A DNA stretch of 64,000 nt from the NCBI GenBank assembly GCA_002454165.1, contig DKIG01000040.1, positions 18,048 through 82,047 on the forward strand, in the 5' to 3' direction. The stretch comes from Gammaproteobacteria bacterium UBA6724 (GTDB taxonomy: Bacteria; Pseudomonadota; Gammaproteobacteria; Pseudomonadales; Azotimanducaceae). A program made the position numbers and the translations under genes. Positions 8,569-17,617 of the stretch are shown piece by piece. The notes under the pieces were generated by a model. The model made no database searches, was not told where the DNA came from, and saw only the letters and a program-made list of their open reading frames with translations. Numbering within the stretch: the first letter of the stretch is position 1; each line of letters starts with the position of its first letter.

Positions 8569-10830
8569 CTAATAGCGATAACCAACTTCCAACCCCCAGA
8601 AAGCAGGTTCATTAACAAAGGCGGTCAAGTTAAGGAAGTCCAGTGCGCCATCAACGACAACCTTATCGGTGATATTCCGACCGACGAGCGCGATATCCAA
8701 TTTCCCAGATTCATTTTTATAACCCATCCTCATACCACCGAGCCAACGTTGCTCCGCCACGAACTCAACAGCCTCATAAAGGAAAATATTAGATTCACTT
8801 CGATAGTTCCAGTCGGTGTTGAAGTAAACCTGACCTGTTGGCAGATAAAAGGTGTAGCGCAAAGAGACATTAAATAGCCATTCGGGGGAGCGAGGTAAGT
8901 CGTTGCCATCAACCGAAACGCTTGTCACGGGACCGAAGGGTCCATCAAAAATCCCCACAACAGGATCCAACCCTGTGCAACCCGGTGTCGCACCGCATTG
9001 TTCAGCCCGAAGGTTCTTGTCTTTAATTTCTGTGGCGTTATAGCTCAGATTGGTGCTGAGACGCAGATTTTCGGTGACCAAAAATTCCAAATCTGTCTCA
9101 AAGCCTCTACCTTCAGTACGGTCCGCGTTCAAGAGCCGGTTCAGGTTCTGTGTGCCACCGGTCGCCGTTAACTGCTGATCCTCAATCTCATAGGTGTAAA
9201 CAGCAGCATTCCATCTGGCTCTGCCGTCCAGGAGGTCAGCTTTGAAACCCATTTCAATAGAAGTCAGAGTCTCGGTATCAGCCGAACTGGTAAAACCAAA
9301 ACGCCCTATGGTGACGGGTCCCCTGGAAGCCGTTCCAGCACGCCCGTAAACACTCCAATCATCATTGATGTAGTAATTTAGTCCCAGATCCCAGTTGACA
9401 TAACTGTCGTCTGCCTTGATAACATCATTAAAAGCCGTGGATCCTGGACCAGGAATGGTTTTCAGTTTCTTGTCATCGTCTGTATAGCGTAGCCCGGCAG
9501 TTAAAGACAAGACCGGGCTTATGGCGTATTCAACCTGGCCGAAGATGGCAGCAGAGGTGGTTCGCTGACTGGCAATATCCTCCGAACTTGGCAGGGTTGT
9601 CGCTGAATCAAAGTTCTTGCTGACCACATCTATATCTTCGTCAAAATAAAATAAGCCTAGATGGTATAAAAGCGAGCCACTCTCGCCTACCATTCTGAAC
9701 TCTTGGCTAAATTGGTAGTGATCATCCAAGCCATCGCCAGACTCAACATTAAAAAATGCCTGTCTGCCCAGCGTACCAATGACTTCAGCACCACCTATCA
9801 AGCCACCATCTACATCGGCGCGGCTAAAGTTTTCGGCCCTGTCGTAGCCGGTAATTGAGGTAATGGCTAAACCGCCTGAGGTTGCCCAATCCAGATGAAG
9901 ACTGCCACCAACATGTCTCAGCTCAAACTCGGCACTGCCATCATGGGAAGCAACTTCTTCGTCAAATCCTGACCTGGTACCCCTTTTCCCCTGCGTCAAC
10001 GCATTGGCATAAAATATTTGTGGTTGATCGCCCTTCTGACGAAAGCCGTGCAATTTTGCCAGCGCCGTGAGGGAATCAGTGAGATCAAAGAGGAACTGCA
10101 AGCGATAGGCAAACTCGTTAAAGCCCCCAAAATCATCACCGCTACCGTTTACACTGTTGTCAATCCACGGATCGCGTTCAAGGTATTTCAATGACAATCT
10201 AACGGCGATGCCCTCAGCCAACCCGCCACCGACGGCACCCTCATAGGACTGGGTATTACGGCTGCCATATCCCAGATTGAGATAGCCTTCCGTTGCATCG
10301 GAAGGCATGACTGTATCAATCTTGACAATACCCGCCGGGGTGTTGCGCCCGAACAGGGTGCCCTGAGGACCTTTTAATACTTCAATGCGCTCCAGATCGA
10401 ACATTGGCAGGCTTTTCAACACCGGGTTTTCAAGTGCCACCTCATCCAAAACCAATGAAACTGGCTGGCTGGCATTAACATCAAAATCGGTGTTACCCAG
10501 GCCCCTGATATAAAACCGCGGAGACTGGCGACCATTAGATGATTCAATTTGCAAACTAGGTACTCTACCCGCCATAGCGCGGATATTTTCACCGCCACCA
10601 ATAAAGTCCTGCATGGATCCGCCCGAAATAACGGATACGGAAGCAGGTACATCCTGCAGGCTTTGCTCCCGTTTCTGAGCAGTGACGATGATTTCTTCTA
10701 GCACCTTCTGCGCCTCAGCAACATTGATAACAGACAGGCTCAAAAATAAAATGGCAAGGTGCCGCAGACTGACTTTGCTGAGAGTTTTCACGATTTTGGT
10801 ACGCTTGAAATTTGCAGGTGAATCGTCCAT
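8569..10830 (-). CDS. TonB-dependent outer-membrane receptor
   Basis: Signal peptide followed by the plug motif EEIIVTAQKREQSLQDVP, and a C-terminal aromatic barrel end (EVGYRY). ATG 10830 has GGAG 6 nt upstream. The upstream ORF extension to 10962 is judged non-coding. Confidence 0.85.
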   Translation of the reverse strand: MDDSPANFKRTKIVKTLSKVSLRHLAILFLSLSVINVAEAQKVLEEIIVTAQKREQSLQDVPASVSVISGGSMQDFIGGGENIRAMAGRVPSLQIESSNGRQSPRFYIRGLGNTDFDVNASQPVSLVLDEVALENPVLKSLPMFDLERIEVLKGPQGTLFGRNTPAGIVKIDTVMPSDATEGYLNLGYGSRNTQSYEGAVGGGLAEGIAVRLSLKYLERDPWIDNSVNGSGDDFGGFNEFAYRLQFLFDLTDSLTALAKLHGFRQKGDQPQIFYANALTQGKRGTRSGFDEEVASHDGSAEFELRHVGGSLHLDWATSGGLAITSITGYDRAENFSRADVDGGLIGGAEVIGTLGRQAFFNVESGDGLDDHYQFSQEFRMVGESGSLLYHLGLFYFDEDIDVVSKNFDSATTLPSSEDIASQRTTSAAIFGQVEYAISPVLSLTAGLRYTDDDKKLKTIPGPGSTAFNDVIKADDSYVNWDLGLNYYINDDWSVYGRAGTASRGPVTIGRFGFTSSADTETLTSIEMGFKADLLDGRARWNAAVYTYEIEDQQLTATGGTQNLNRLLNADRTEGRGFETDLEFLVTENLRLSTNLSYNATEIKDKNLRAEQCGATPGCTGLDPVVGIFDGPFGPVTSVSVDGNDLPRSPEWLFNVSLRYTFYLPTGQVYFNTDWNYRSESNIFLYEAVEFVAEQRWLGGMRMGYKNESGKLDIALVGRNITDKVVVDGALDFLNLTAFVNEPAFWGLEVGYRY

Positions 10831-10985
10831 TTTTATCTCCGCAGGGTAGTTCCTTATACTTTTCATAGTTCTTATATGGCTTCTTGCATAAAGTGCATAG
10901 AGTACAACAGGCTGGGGACAGTGACGAGTAGTGGCAAGCATGTCCGGGTAGCATCGCGACAACGAAAACTAGCCGCTAACCGCCC

Positions 10986-11891
10986 TCAATCCCTCCGCTC
11001 AGGGTGAAGTAATTGTCTGGCTTGCTCCAGATGACCGCACAGAAGTTCAGCCCCGTCAAGAATTCGCATTGAACGGCGTTGCATTAGATCTGCCGGTACA
11101 AGATAAATCTGCTCATTGATGACCGCCGAGATACCCTCCCACTGTTGCCAGGTATCCAGCCAGTGAGGCATCTTCTCTTCACTGCTACCGACAATAATTA
11201 CCTGCGGATCCGCCGCCACAATTGATTCCATATTGACATAGGGAACCAGCGGAATGGCATCCGCAAATATGTTGATGCCACCACAAAGCCTAATCACATC
11301 GCTCACTATATGTTCAGCATTCAGGGTAATCAAAGGTTCGTGCCATATCTGATAGAAGGTTTTCACCTGAGGTCTGGTGCTGTACAGGGCACGCAACCCT
11401 TCCAGACGCTGAACAAATTCCGTAGATATTGTCTCAGCTTGTTTTTGATTGCCAACCAACTCGCCAAAACGGCGGTAAAGACTGGGAATATCGTCCATCT
11501 TACGGACTTCTACCACAAATATCGGCATACCCAACTCGCGAATACGGCTAATCATTTTATCGCCATTGCCAGAATGCCAGGCAATAACCAAATCCGGTTG
11601 CAATGCCAGGATTAGTTCATAGTTGGCTGCCGCATGATTGTTGACACGAATAATCTGTTTTGCCTCGGGAGGATAGTCGCTGTATTCGTCAACTCCAACA
11701 AGTCCTGCGCCAGCACCAATATGAAACAATACCTCGGTGATGTCTGGCGCAAGGCTGACGATGCGTTCTGCCGGACCAGCCAGTTCAATGAGATTATTGA
11801 GATCATCGCGCACCGTCACACTGGCAATGATTGACCCTGAACAAAACAGCACCGTGACAAACGCGATGACACGCACCATCTTCCATTTCAT
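10986..11891 (-). CDS. btuF: Periplasmic cobalamin-binding protein of an ABC importer
   Basis: YSDYPPEAKQI, LQPDLVIAW.SGN and CGG.NIF align with E. coli BtuF as recalled. Has a signal peptide. The start overlaps the stop of the upstream ATPase gene. Confidence 0.7.
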   Translation of the reverse strand: MKWKMVRVIAFVTVLFCSGSIIASVTVRDDLNNLIELAGPAERIVSLAPDITEVLFHIGAGAGLVGVDEYSDYPPEAKQIIRVNNHAAANYELILALQPDLVIAWHSGNGDKMISRIRELGMPIFVVEVRKMDDIPSLYRRFGELVGNQKQAETISTEFVQRLEGLRALYSTRPQVKTFYQIWHEPLITLNAEHIVSDVIRLCGGINIFADAIPLVPYVNMESIVAADPQVIIVGSSEEKMPHWLDTWQQWEGISAVINEQIYLVPADLMQRRSMRILDGAELLCGHLEQARQLLHPERRD

Positions 11892-12664
11892 CAGGTAATC
11901 ACCAGGGGTCTGTTAGTCACCGGATGCGGAACAACCATGGATTTCACACCGAAAACTCTATCAATCAATTGCTCCGTCAGTACCTCTTCAGGGCTACCCT
12001 GAGAGACGACAAGGCCGCCATCAAACACCACCAGATTATCAGCGCATTGCGCCGCCAGATTAAGGTCGTGCAACACCATGATGATGCCCACACCGGTACT
12101 TGCCAGTTGCCGCACGATATCCAGTGTCAGTTTCTGATGGGAGAGATCAAAAGCCGCTGTCGGTTCATCAAGCACCAAGAATCGCCCGCCCAGATCACAA
12201 GGCTCCCAAATTTGTGCCAGGACCCGTGCTAACTGAACATGCTGTTTTTCCCCGCCAGACATCTGGGTATAAAAACGTTTTTGCAAGTATCGGGCATCCA
12301 CCCACTCCAAGGCTTCGGCAATAATCTCAGCATCTCTGCGCCTACCGGTCTGATGAGGAATGCGTCCAAGACCAACTACCTCATCGGCGGTAAAGGGAAA
12401 ATTAAGCAGGGTGTGTTGTGGTAACACCGCAAGCATTTGCGCCTTTTGTTGCAATGACCATTGATGCAACTCACGACCGTGCAAGACGACATTGCCTTTT
12501 GAGGGAGAGCGCTCCCCCGTCAGGACGCCTAGCAGGCTGGATTTACCAGCACCATTGGGACCCAAGATCACACTAACCTTGCCTAGGTCAAGCTGTATGC
12601 TAACGCTACGCAACAGATCAAAGCCTGACAAACGCAGAGATACATTGTCCGTCAGGATGGTCAT
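11891..12664 (-). CDS. ABC transporter ATP-binding protein, BtuD/HmuV type
   Basis: Walker A GPNGAGKSS, signature MSGGEKQ and Walker B FLVLDEPT. Sits between the permease and btuF. Confidence 0.85.
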   Translation of the reverse strand: MTILTDNVSLRLSGFDLLRSVSIQLDLGKVSVILGPNGAGKSSLLGVLTGERSPSKGNVVLHGRELHQWSLQQKAQMLAVLPQHTLLNFPFTADEVVGLGRIPHQTGRRRDAEIIAEALEWVDARYLQKRFYTQMSGGEKQHVQLARVLAQIWEPCDLGGRFLVLDEPTAAFDLSHQKLTLDIVRQLASTGVGIIMVLHDLNLAAQCADNLVVFDGGLVVSQGSPEEVLTEQLIDRVFGVKSMVVPHPVTNRPLVIT

Positions 12665-12667
12665 TTC

Positions 12668-13705
12668 CTACACCTTCCTGCGCTGCTGTAACAGCAAGGC
12701 GATAAAAAATGGTGCGCCGAGCAAGGCGGTCAATATGCCGGTGGGCAACTCGGCGGGAATGACCAGGACTCGTGCCAAACTGTCTGCAACAAGTAGCAGG
12801 ATGGCACCGGCCAACGCAGAAGAAGGAATGAGCCAGCGATGATCGGGACCAATCACCAGCCGTACCAGATGGGGGATGATCAGACCAACAAAACCAACCA
12901 TACCAGCCAAGGCCACCGACACACTGACCCCCAAAGCAGTCAGCATGATGAGCCGTCGCTTCACTCGCTGCACATCAATACCCAGATGTCGCGCCTCGGA
13001 CTCCCCCAGTAGCAGGGCATTGAGTGCTTCGCTATCACGCGGGAAGAGGACGAGAAGTGAACCTGCCACGAGCGCCATAATGGCGACTTTGGTCCAATTG
13101 GCACCGCTTAGATTACCCATTTGCCAGAGGCTAATTTGTCGCAACATATCGTTGTCAGAAAAATAGCCGAGCAAACTGTTTAAGGCGCCCGCCAAGGCAC
13201 CAATGGCGATACCCACCAACAGCATGGTGGTAACCGATGTGCCTATACCTGAGGTTGCCAATCGGTAAACCAGCAGGGTCGCCGCTAAGCCGCCAGCAAA
13301 CGCACCCATAGCCACCAGAGACAAACCCACCAGCAAACCTGTTTCAATCAGGCCGGCAGCCATCACAATCATTACACTGGCACCCACCGAGGCGCCACCA
13401 GAAACACCTATCAATGAAGGATCTGCCAGGGGATTGCGAAACAAACCCTGCATCACTGCGCCGGTGCTGGCAAGCATGGCACCAATAAAAATCGCCAGCA
13501 GGATGCGCGACAAACGTATATCAAAGAGGATGGTATAAATCTGCTCCGGAACTGCATTGCCCAGCAGCGCATTGGCAGTCGCTTCCAGTGCCTCTGCCAC
13601 AGAAATATCTACCGTGCCCAGCGTCATGGACAGCAGCAGGACTGCTGGCAGTAGCAGTGCCAGTATCCAGATCAGTAGCGGGGCAGAGACAGGTCGCAAT
13701 TCCAT
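12668..13705 (-). CDS. ABC transporter permease, FecCD/BtuC family
   Basis: 345-aa polytopic membrane protein with a Gly/Ala-rich FecCD-type sequence. It is the first gene of the BtuFCD-like set. Confidence 0.8.
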   Translation of the reverse strand: MELRPVSAPLLIWILALLLPAVLLLSMTLGTVDISVAEALEATANALLGNAVPEQIYTILFDIRLSRILLAIFIGAMLASTGAVMQGLFRNPLADPSLIGVSGGASVGASVMIVMAAGLIETGLLVGLSLVAMGAFAGGLAATLLVYRLATSGIGTSVTTMLLVGIAIGALAGALNSLLGYFSDNDMLRQISLWQMGNLSGANWTKVAIMALVAGSLLVLFPRDSEALNALLLGESEARHLGIDVQRVKRRLIMLTALGVSVSVALAGMVGFVGLIIPHLVRLVIGPDHRWLIPSSALAGAILLLVADSLARVLVIPAELPTGILTALLGAPFFIALLLQQRRKV

Positions 13706-13810
13706 GTCCTCCCAGGCCTATTAGTTGTCACAAGCATACATGTGTCCTCCAGTGTTCAGCTCCCAGGAGCGACTGCCCAGAGCATTAAAAAAATTCATGG
13801 AAATGAGCCA

Positions 13811-16297
13811 TTAAAACAGCTCTGGTTGCCGGTCCATTATCGCGGCGAGCGATGTTTGTCTAAATCCCAAAATCGCGTCGGCGACGGGAGCAAGTTGACG
13901 GGTGATATAGAAATCATAATCAAGCAATGAAGTCCTGTACTTGACAGGCTCCGGTCCCGCCAGAGTCATCACATATTCTATCCAACCACCGTATTGATAT
14001 ATGGGTGCCAGTCCGCTCTCAGTACGCGCCGCATCAGCAAGTCTTGCCGCCTTTACATGAGGCGGGACGTTTTTGGTGTAGTCGGCAAGTTTGCGCCTTA
14101 GCCGTTTCCGCAGGACAAGTTTGTCGTCAGCCTTCCCCTCGGTGACCGAAGCCACCACCTCCTTGATATAGTCCTCAACAGGTTCATCAAGGAAACATCG
14201 TCGGCAAAGTTCCCGCTGAAATTCGCGCGCCAAGGGCGTCCAGTCACTTCGGACACTTTCCAGGCCCTTAAAGACAATCTCTGGTGTGCCCGCATCTGAT
14301 ACCACCAATCCAGCGTAACGTTTCTTGCTACCTCTCTCAGAACCTCTAATTCGCGGCATCAGGAATCTCGTAAAATGCGTTTCAAATTCAATCTCCAGGT
14401 GACTGTCAATGCCGTAGGATTTCGCCAGTTGATCGCGCCACCAGTGATTCAGATATGCCACCAGATCATTGCCAGTTTCTTTCACACCTGCTGGCGGATT
14501 TTCCATTAACACAAAGACCGAATCCGTATCTCCATAGATGACCGGGAATCCCTTTGCCTCAATTAAGTCTCGTGTAGTCTGGAGAATTTCATGCCCGCGC
14601 AAGGTGATGGAACTGACAAGCCGTGGATCAAAAAACCGACATCCAGATGTCCCCAGGACACCATAAAACGAATTCATAATAATTTTGATGGCTTGGGATA
14701 CTGCCGTGAAACCTTGTTTCCTTGCCGCATCACGCGCCGCCCAAAGCTCTTTAATAATGCCCGGCAGGATGGCGTGGTTTTTTGCAAAACTGGCACCCGC
14801 GAATCCCGGGATCCTGTTTTCTTCTGGGGACACCATTGCCAGGGGATCAACCTGAAAGGTCATAATTATGCTGGGATACAGACTCTTGAAATCCAGGACA
14901 AGAACATCTTTATAAATGCCGGGACTGGACTCCAGCACATAGCCGCCCGGGGTGCTAACCCTGGTATTGCTGTCCTCCACAAGAGCTGCCTTCACAAAAG
15001 CAGATTCCGCAGGCACCGCCACCAGAGGGGCAACCCGCCCTTCTCTGTGCAGGCGCGGCAGGTACAGGAAATCAAATGCCGCCACCGAGCCACCCTGGCG
15101 GTCCATTTCCAGCCCCGTCAGACGGGATCGCTGCACTGCAAATTCAATCAACCCCGTATGTTCAAAGATTTCCCTCACCAGGACACAGTCCTCAAGGTTG
15201 TACCTGGCAAGGGCTACCTTGTCTTCCCTGAACATGGTTTCAATTTCCAGAGCCCTGGCATCAACATCATGCACCAGTTTGCCCCGTCCCAGCAGTTCCC
15301 GAGCAACATGTTCCAGGGAAAAACTTTCAAACCGAAAAGTCGCGGTCCGAAGCAGCTCAATGCCATCCAACATGACACGCCCCGGCACCACCGCATAGAA
15401 ATGCTCTCTTGATCGCTGGACACGCCGCCAACTGATCGTTGAATCGCCTCGTCCTAGTCGCAAGTCAATGCCATGGTAATCACATCGGTCTTGCAGATAC
15501 CTCAGATCAAATCCAACCAGATTCCAGCCAATAACAACATCAGGGTCAAGTGCCGTAAACCAGGCACGAAAGCTTGTGAGAAGTGCCTGCTCAGTTGCCG
15601 CAAATTCCAGATATTCAGCGGCATCCGCTATCCCCTCACCCAGCATAAACACCTTGTTGAAGCTCGCTTCAGAAGGCGTTTCAGAAGTCGTCCGTTCAGA
15701 AGAGATGTCAGAACCAAATTCAACCCCGTGCACCGCAATACTGAGCACAATCTTTCGAGTCATGGAGGTTTCAATATCAAGTGAAGCCACCCTGAGGGCT
15801 GGCGCAAAGTCATCCTTCTTCAGTTGGGGATTGATAAAGCTGAGGTATCCCTTTTCCCTGGTGACGGGACCCTTGATCGTGAGTGTTCCCTGAATAAACC
15901 GCTCCATCAAATAACGGTCGGTAGGCCGCACATCCGCCTCAAAGCACTCTATCCTGCGCTCCTGAAGTATTGACCGGGCAAGTCCGGTATCCCGCCAGGA
16001 CTGAAAATAACAGGCGATTGCAAGTTGGGATGAGTCCGCAAAGCATCTTAGGTCAATCGCCGCATGACGCCAGCTTATCTGGCCATCCAGCAGGATTCGT
16101 GCATGCTCCAGGTGCTCATCAGCAATAAAGAAAACAGATTCCTGGTCGGTTATTTCAACCCGCACCGGACCGGATTCACTTGCCAGCCAGAAGATCAGGG
16201 ACTGCCCTCTGGACCTCTCCTGCCACTGGCGGGTGAGAATCAACCCCCTAAGTCTTTTGTTCGTGCAAGCGTCCATGAGATTATTAGCCGAGTCCAA
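13811..16297 (-). CDS. polB: DNA polymerase II (family B)
   Basis: Exo I motif LDIETS, Pol A motif DFKSLYPSII and Pol C motif YGDTDSVFV. Length is 828 aa. Confidence 0.9.
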   Translation of the reverse strand: MDSANNLMDACTNKRLRGLILTRQWQERSRGQSLIFWLASESGPVRVEITDQESVFFIADEHLEHARILLDGQISWRHAAIDLRCFADSSQLAIACYFQSWRDTGLARSILQERRIECFEADVRPTDRYLMERFIQGTLTIKGPVTREKGYLSFINPQLKKDDFAPALRVASLDIETSMTRKIVLSIAVHGVEFGSDISSERTTSETPSEASFNKVFMLGEGIADAAEYLEFAATEQALLTSFRAWFTALDPDVVIGWNLVGFDLRYLQDRCDYHGIDLRLGRGDSTISWRRVQRSREHFYAVVPGRVMLDGIELLRTATFRFESFSLEHVARELLGRGKLVHDVDARALEIETMFREDKVALARYNLEDCVLVREIFEHTGLIEFAVQRSRLTGLEMDRQGGSVAAFDFLYLPRLHREGRVAPLVAVPAESAFVKAALVEDSNTRVSTPGGYVLESSPGIYKDVLVLDFKSLYPSIIMTFQVDPLAMVSPEENRIPGFAGASFAKNHAILPGIIKELWAARDAARKQGFTAVSQAIKIIMNSFYGVLGTSGCRFFDPRLVSSITLRGHEILQTTRDLIEAKGFPVIYGDTDSVFVLMENPPAGVKETGNDLVAYLNHWWRDQLAKSYGIDSHLEIEFETHFTRFLMPRIRGSERGSKKRYAGLVVSDAGTPEIVFKGLESVRSDWTPLAREFQRELCRRCFLDEPVEDYIKEVVASVTEGKADDKLVLRKRLRRKLADYTKNVPPHVKAARLADAARTESGLAPIYQYGGWIEYVMTLAGPEPVKYRTSLLDYDFYITRQLAPVADAILGFRQTSLAAIMDRQPELF

Positions 16298-16514
16298 CTG
16301 GGCATCGGTGCCAGTCTTCCCCGATGCTCTTCTAGGATAGTAGCGGTAGCAAGGGTACCCCTGGCTGTTGACTGCTCATTATCCCATATTTGAGAACACA
16401 AACTTGCAGATGAACAGGCTATTGTGACAAGCATGTTGGCGAATTCCAAATCTTCTGGTAAAGTGTGCGCTTCATTTTTGAGTGTAATTTTTAAGCGAAA
16501 GCCAGGATGAACCA

Positions 16515-17366
16515 ATGGCAACGAAAAACAAAAAGGTGAAGTCCAAAGCGAAGGCTAAAGCCAGGACAAATGCCAAGACCAAGATCAAAGCTAAAACAAA
16601 AGTCAAAACAAAAAGCAAGACAAGGACCAAAGCCAAGACCAAAGTCAGAGCAAGCGCAAAAACTAAAACCAAGACCAAGACCAAGACCAAAGTCAAAGCC
16701 AGAGTCAAAGCAAGCGCAAAAGCTAAAACCAAAGCCAAAGTCAGGACAAAAGCAAAGACCAAGACCAAAGCCAGAGTCAGAACAAAAGCAAAAGCTAAAA
16801 CCAAGACCAAAGCTAAAGTCAGAACAAAAGCAAAAGCCAAGACCAAAACAAGGGTTAAAACAAAATCCTCAGTAAAAATCTCCAGGCGAAAATCTGTAAA
16901 AAAATCAGCACCCCGTAAGATCGCAAATAAGCAGCCAGGCCAAAGCCACGATACCCCTAAATTTGAGTTCACTCCCTATAAGCCCAAACGGAAAGAGACA
17001 TACATGAGCGAGGGGCAAAAAAACCATTTCCGGACAATACTTCAGGCTTGGAAACGTCAACTTATGGAAGAGGTTGACCGGACGGTTAATCATATGCAGG
17101 GCGAAACCGGCAACGCCCCGGATCCGGCAGACAGGGCAAGTTATGAGGAAGAATTCAACATGGAGTTGAAAACCCGGGACCGGGAGCGGAAACTGATTCG
17201 TAAAATCGACTCCACCCTGGATCTACTTGATCTGGATGACTACGGCTACTGCGAGTCTTGCGGCGTAAAGATCGGAATACAACGCCTGGAAGCGAGACCA
17301 ACTGCCACGTTATGTATAGACTGCAAGACACTCGCCGAAATCAAGGAACGGCAAATTCACGGTTAG
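16515..17366 (+). CDS. dksA: RNA polymerase-binding transcription factor DksA with a long Lys-rich N-terminal extension
   Basis: Residues ~150-283 match E. coli DksA throughout (DPADRASYEEEF, the RDRERKLI coiled-coil tip, and the CESCG..CIDCK zinc finger). Residues 1 to ~135 are KAKTK-type repeats. The only start candidates upstream of the DksA homology are ATG 16515 and GTG 16536. Confidence 0.85.
   Translation: MATKNKKVKSKAKAKARTNAKTKIKAKTKVKTKSKTRTKAKTKVRASAKTKTKTKTKTKVKARVKASAKAKTKAKVRTKAKTKTKARVRTKAKAKTKTKAKVRTKAKAKTKTRVKTKSSVKISRRKSVKKSAPRKIANKQPGQSHDTPKFEFTPYKPKRKETYMSEGQKNHFRTILQAWKRQLMEEVDRTVNHMQGETGNAPDPADRASYEEEFNMELKTRDRERKLIRKIDSTLDLLDLDDYGYCESCGVKIGIQRLEARPTATLCIDCKTLAEIKERQIHG
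16530..16870 (+). repeat. Degenerate in-frame tandem repeats (36-42 nt units, aaagc[ac]aagaccaaag...gtcaga) encoding the K/A/T/R/V tail
   Basis: Direct reading shows, for example, gtcaggacaaaagcaaagaccaagaccaaagccaga, then gtcagaacaaaagcaaaagctaaaaccaagaccaaagctaaa, then gtcagaacaaaagcaaaagccaagaccaaaacaagg. Confidence 0.8.
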
Positions 17367-17374
17367 ACACTACC

Positions 17375-17402
17375 GCGGGCAGATTTGTCTGCACCGCTTA
17401 TT
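17375..17402 (+). terminator. Candidate intrinsic terminator after dksA
   Basis: GCGGGCAGA-tttg-TCTGC(a)CCGC forms a 9-bp stem with one bulge, followed by a short TTATT tract. The T-tract is weak. Confidence 0.35.
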
Positions 17403-17617
17403 CCGCACAAAAAGTATGGGCGGCTATTTTATTAGAGCATCATGGACATTGACATGATGACTCGGCTGAAACAGACATTACCCCATAGCAAGAGCCGCCA
17501 CTCATCTAAACAACTCAGCTCAATCATGGTGCTAGTCTGCTAAAATCTCGACACTAGCTCTCCTGCTTATTTCTTCAATACCAAACAAATAAAATAGAGG
17601 TCACACTACTGTCCAGG

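Noticed and set aside
10831-10985. Possible cobalamin riboswitch in the btuF-receptor spacer
   Set aside because: Only a GCCACT fragment is present. No GGGAA or B12-box-like AGNCNGGANNCCTGCC element is recognisable, and the spacer is shorter than a typical riboswitch. It needs cmsearch to settle.
14591-15412. 273-aa plus-strand ORF inside polB
   Set aside because: It is antisense to the polymerase palm region, which contains the DFKSLYPS motif. It has no recognisable features.
16298-16514. Looked for an SOS (LexA) box CTGT-N8-ACAG upstream of polB, which is SOS-regulated in E. coli
   Set aside because: No CTGT-N8-ACAG palindrome was found by eye in the divergent polB/dksA spacer. The nearest element (CTGTtgactgctCATT) fails in the second half-site.
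16472-16972. 166-aa minus-strand ORF with a striking LVLVLAFAFVLTLALVL hydrophobic repeat that could pass for a membrane protein
   Set aside because: It is the antisense reading of the Lys-codon (aaa/aag) repeats in dksA, because the complements of aag and aaa codons give Leu/Phe-rich text. The plus-strand frame continues into a bona fide DksA domain, so the minus ORF is a mirror artefact.
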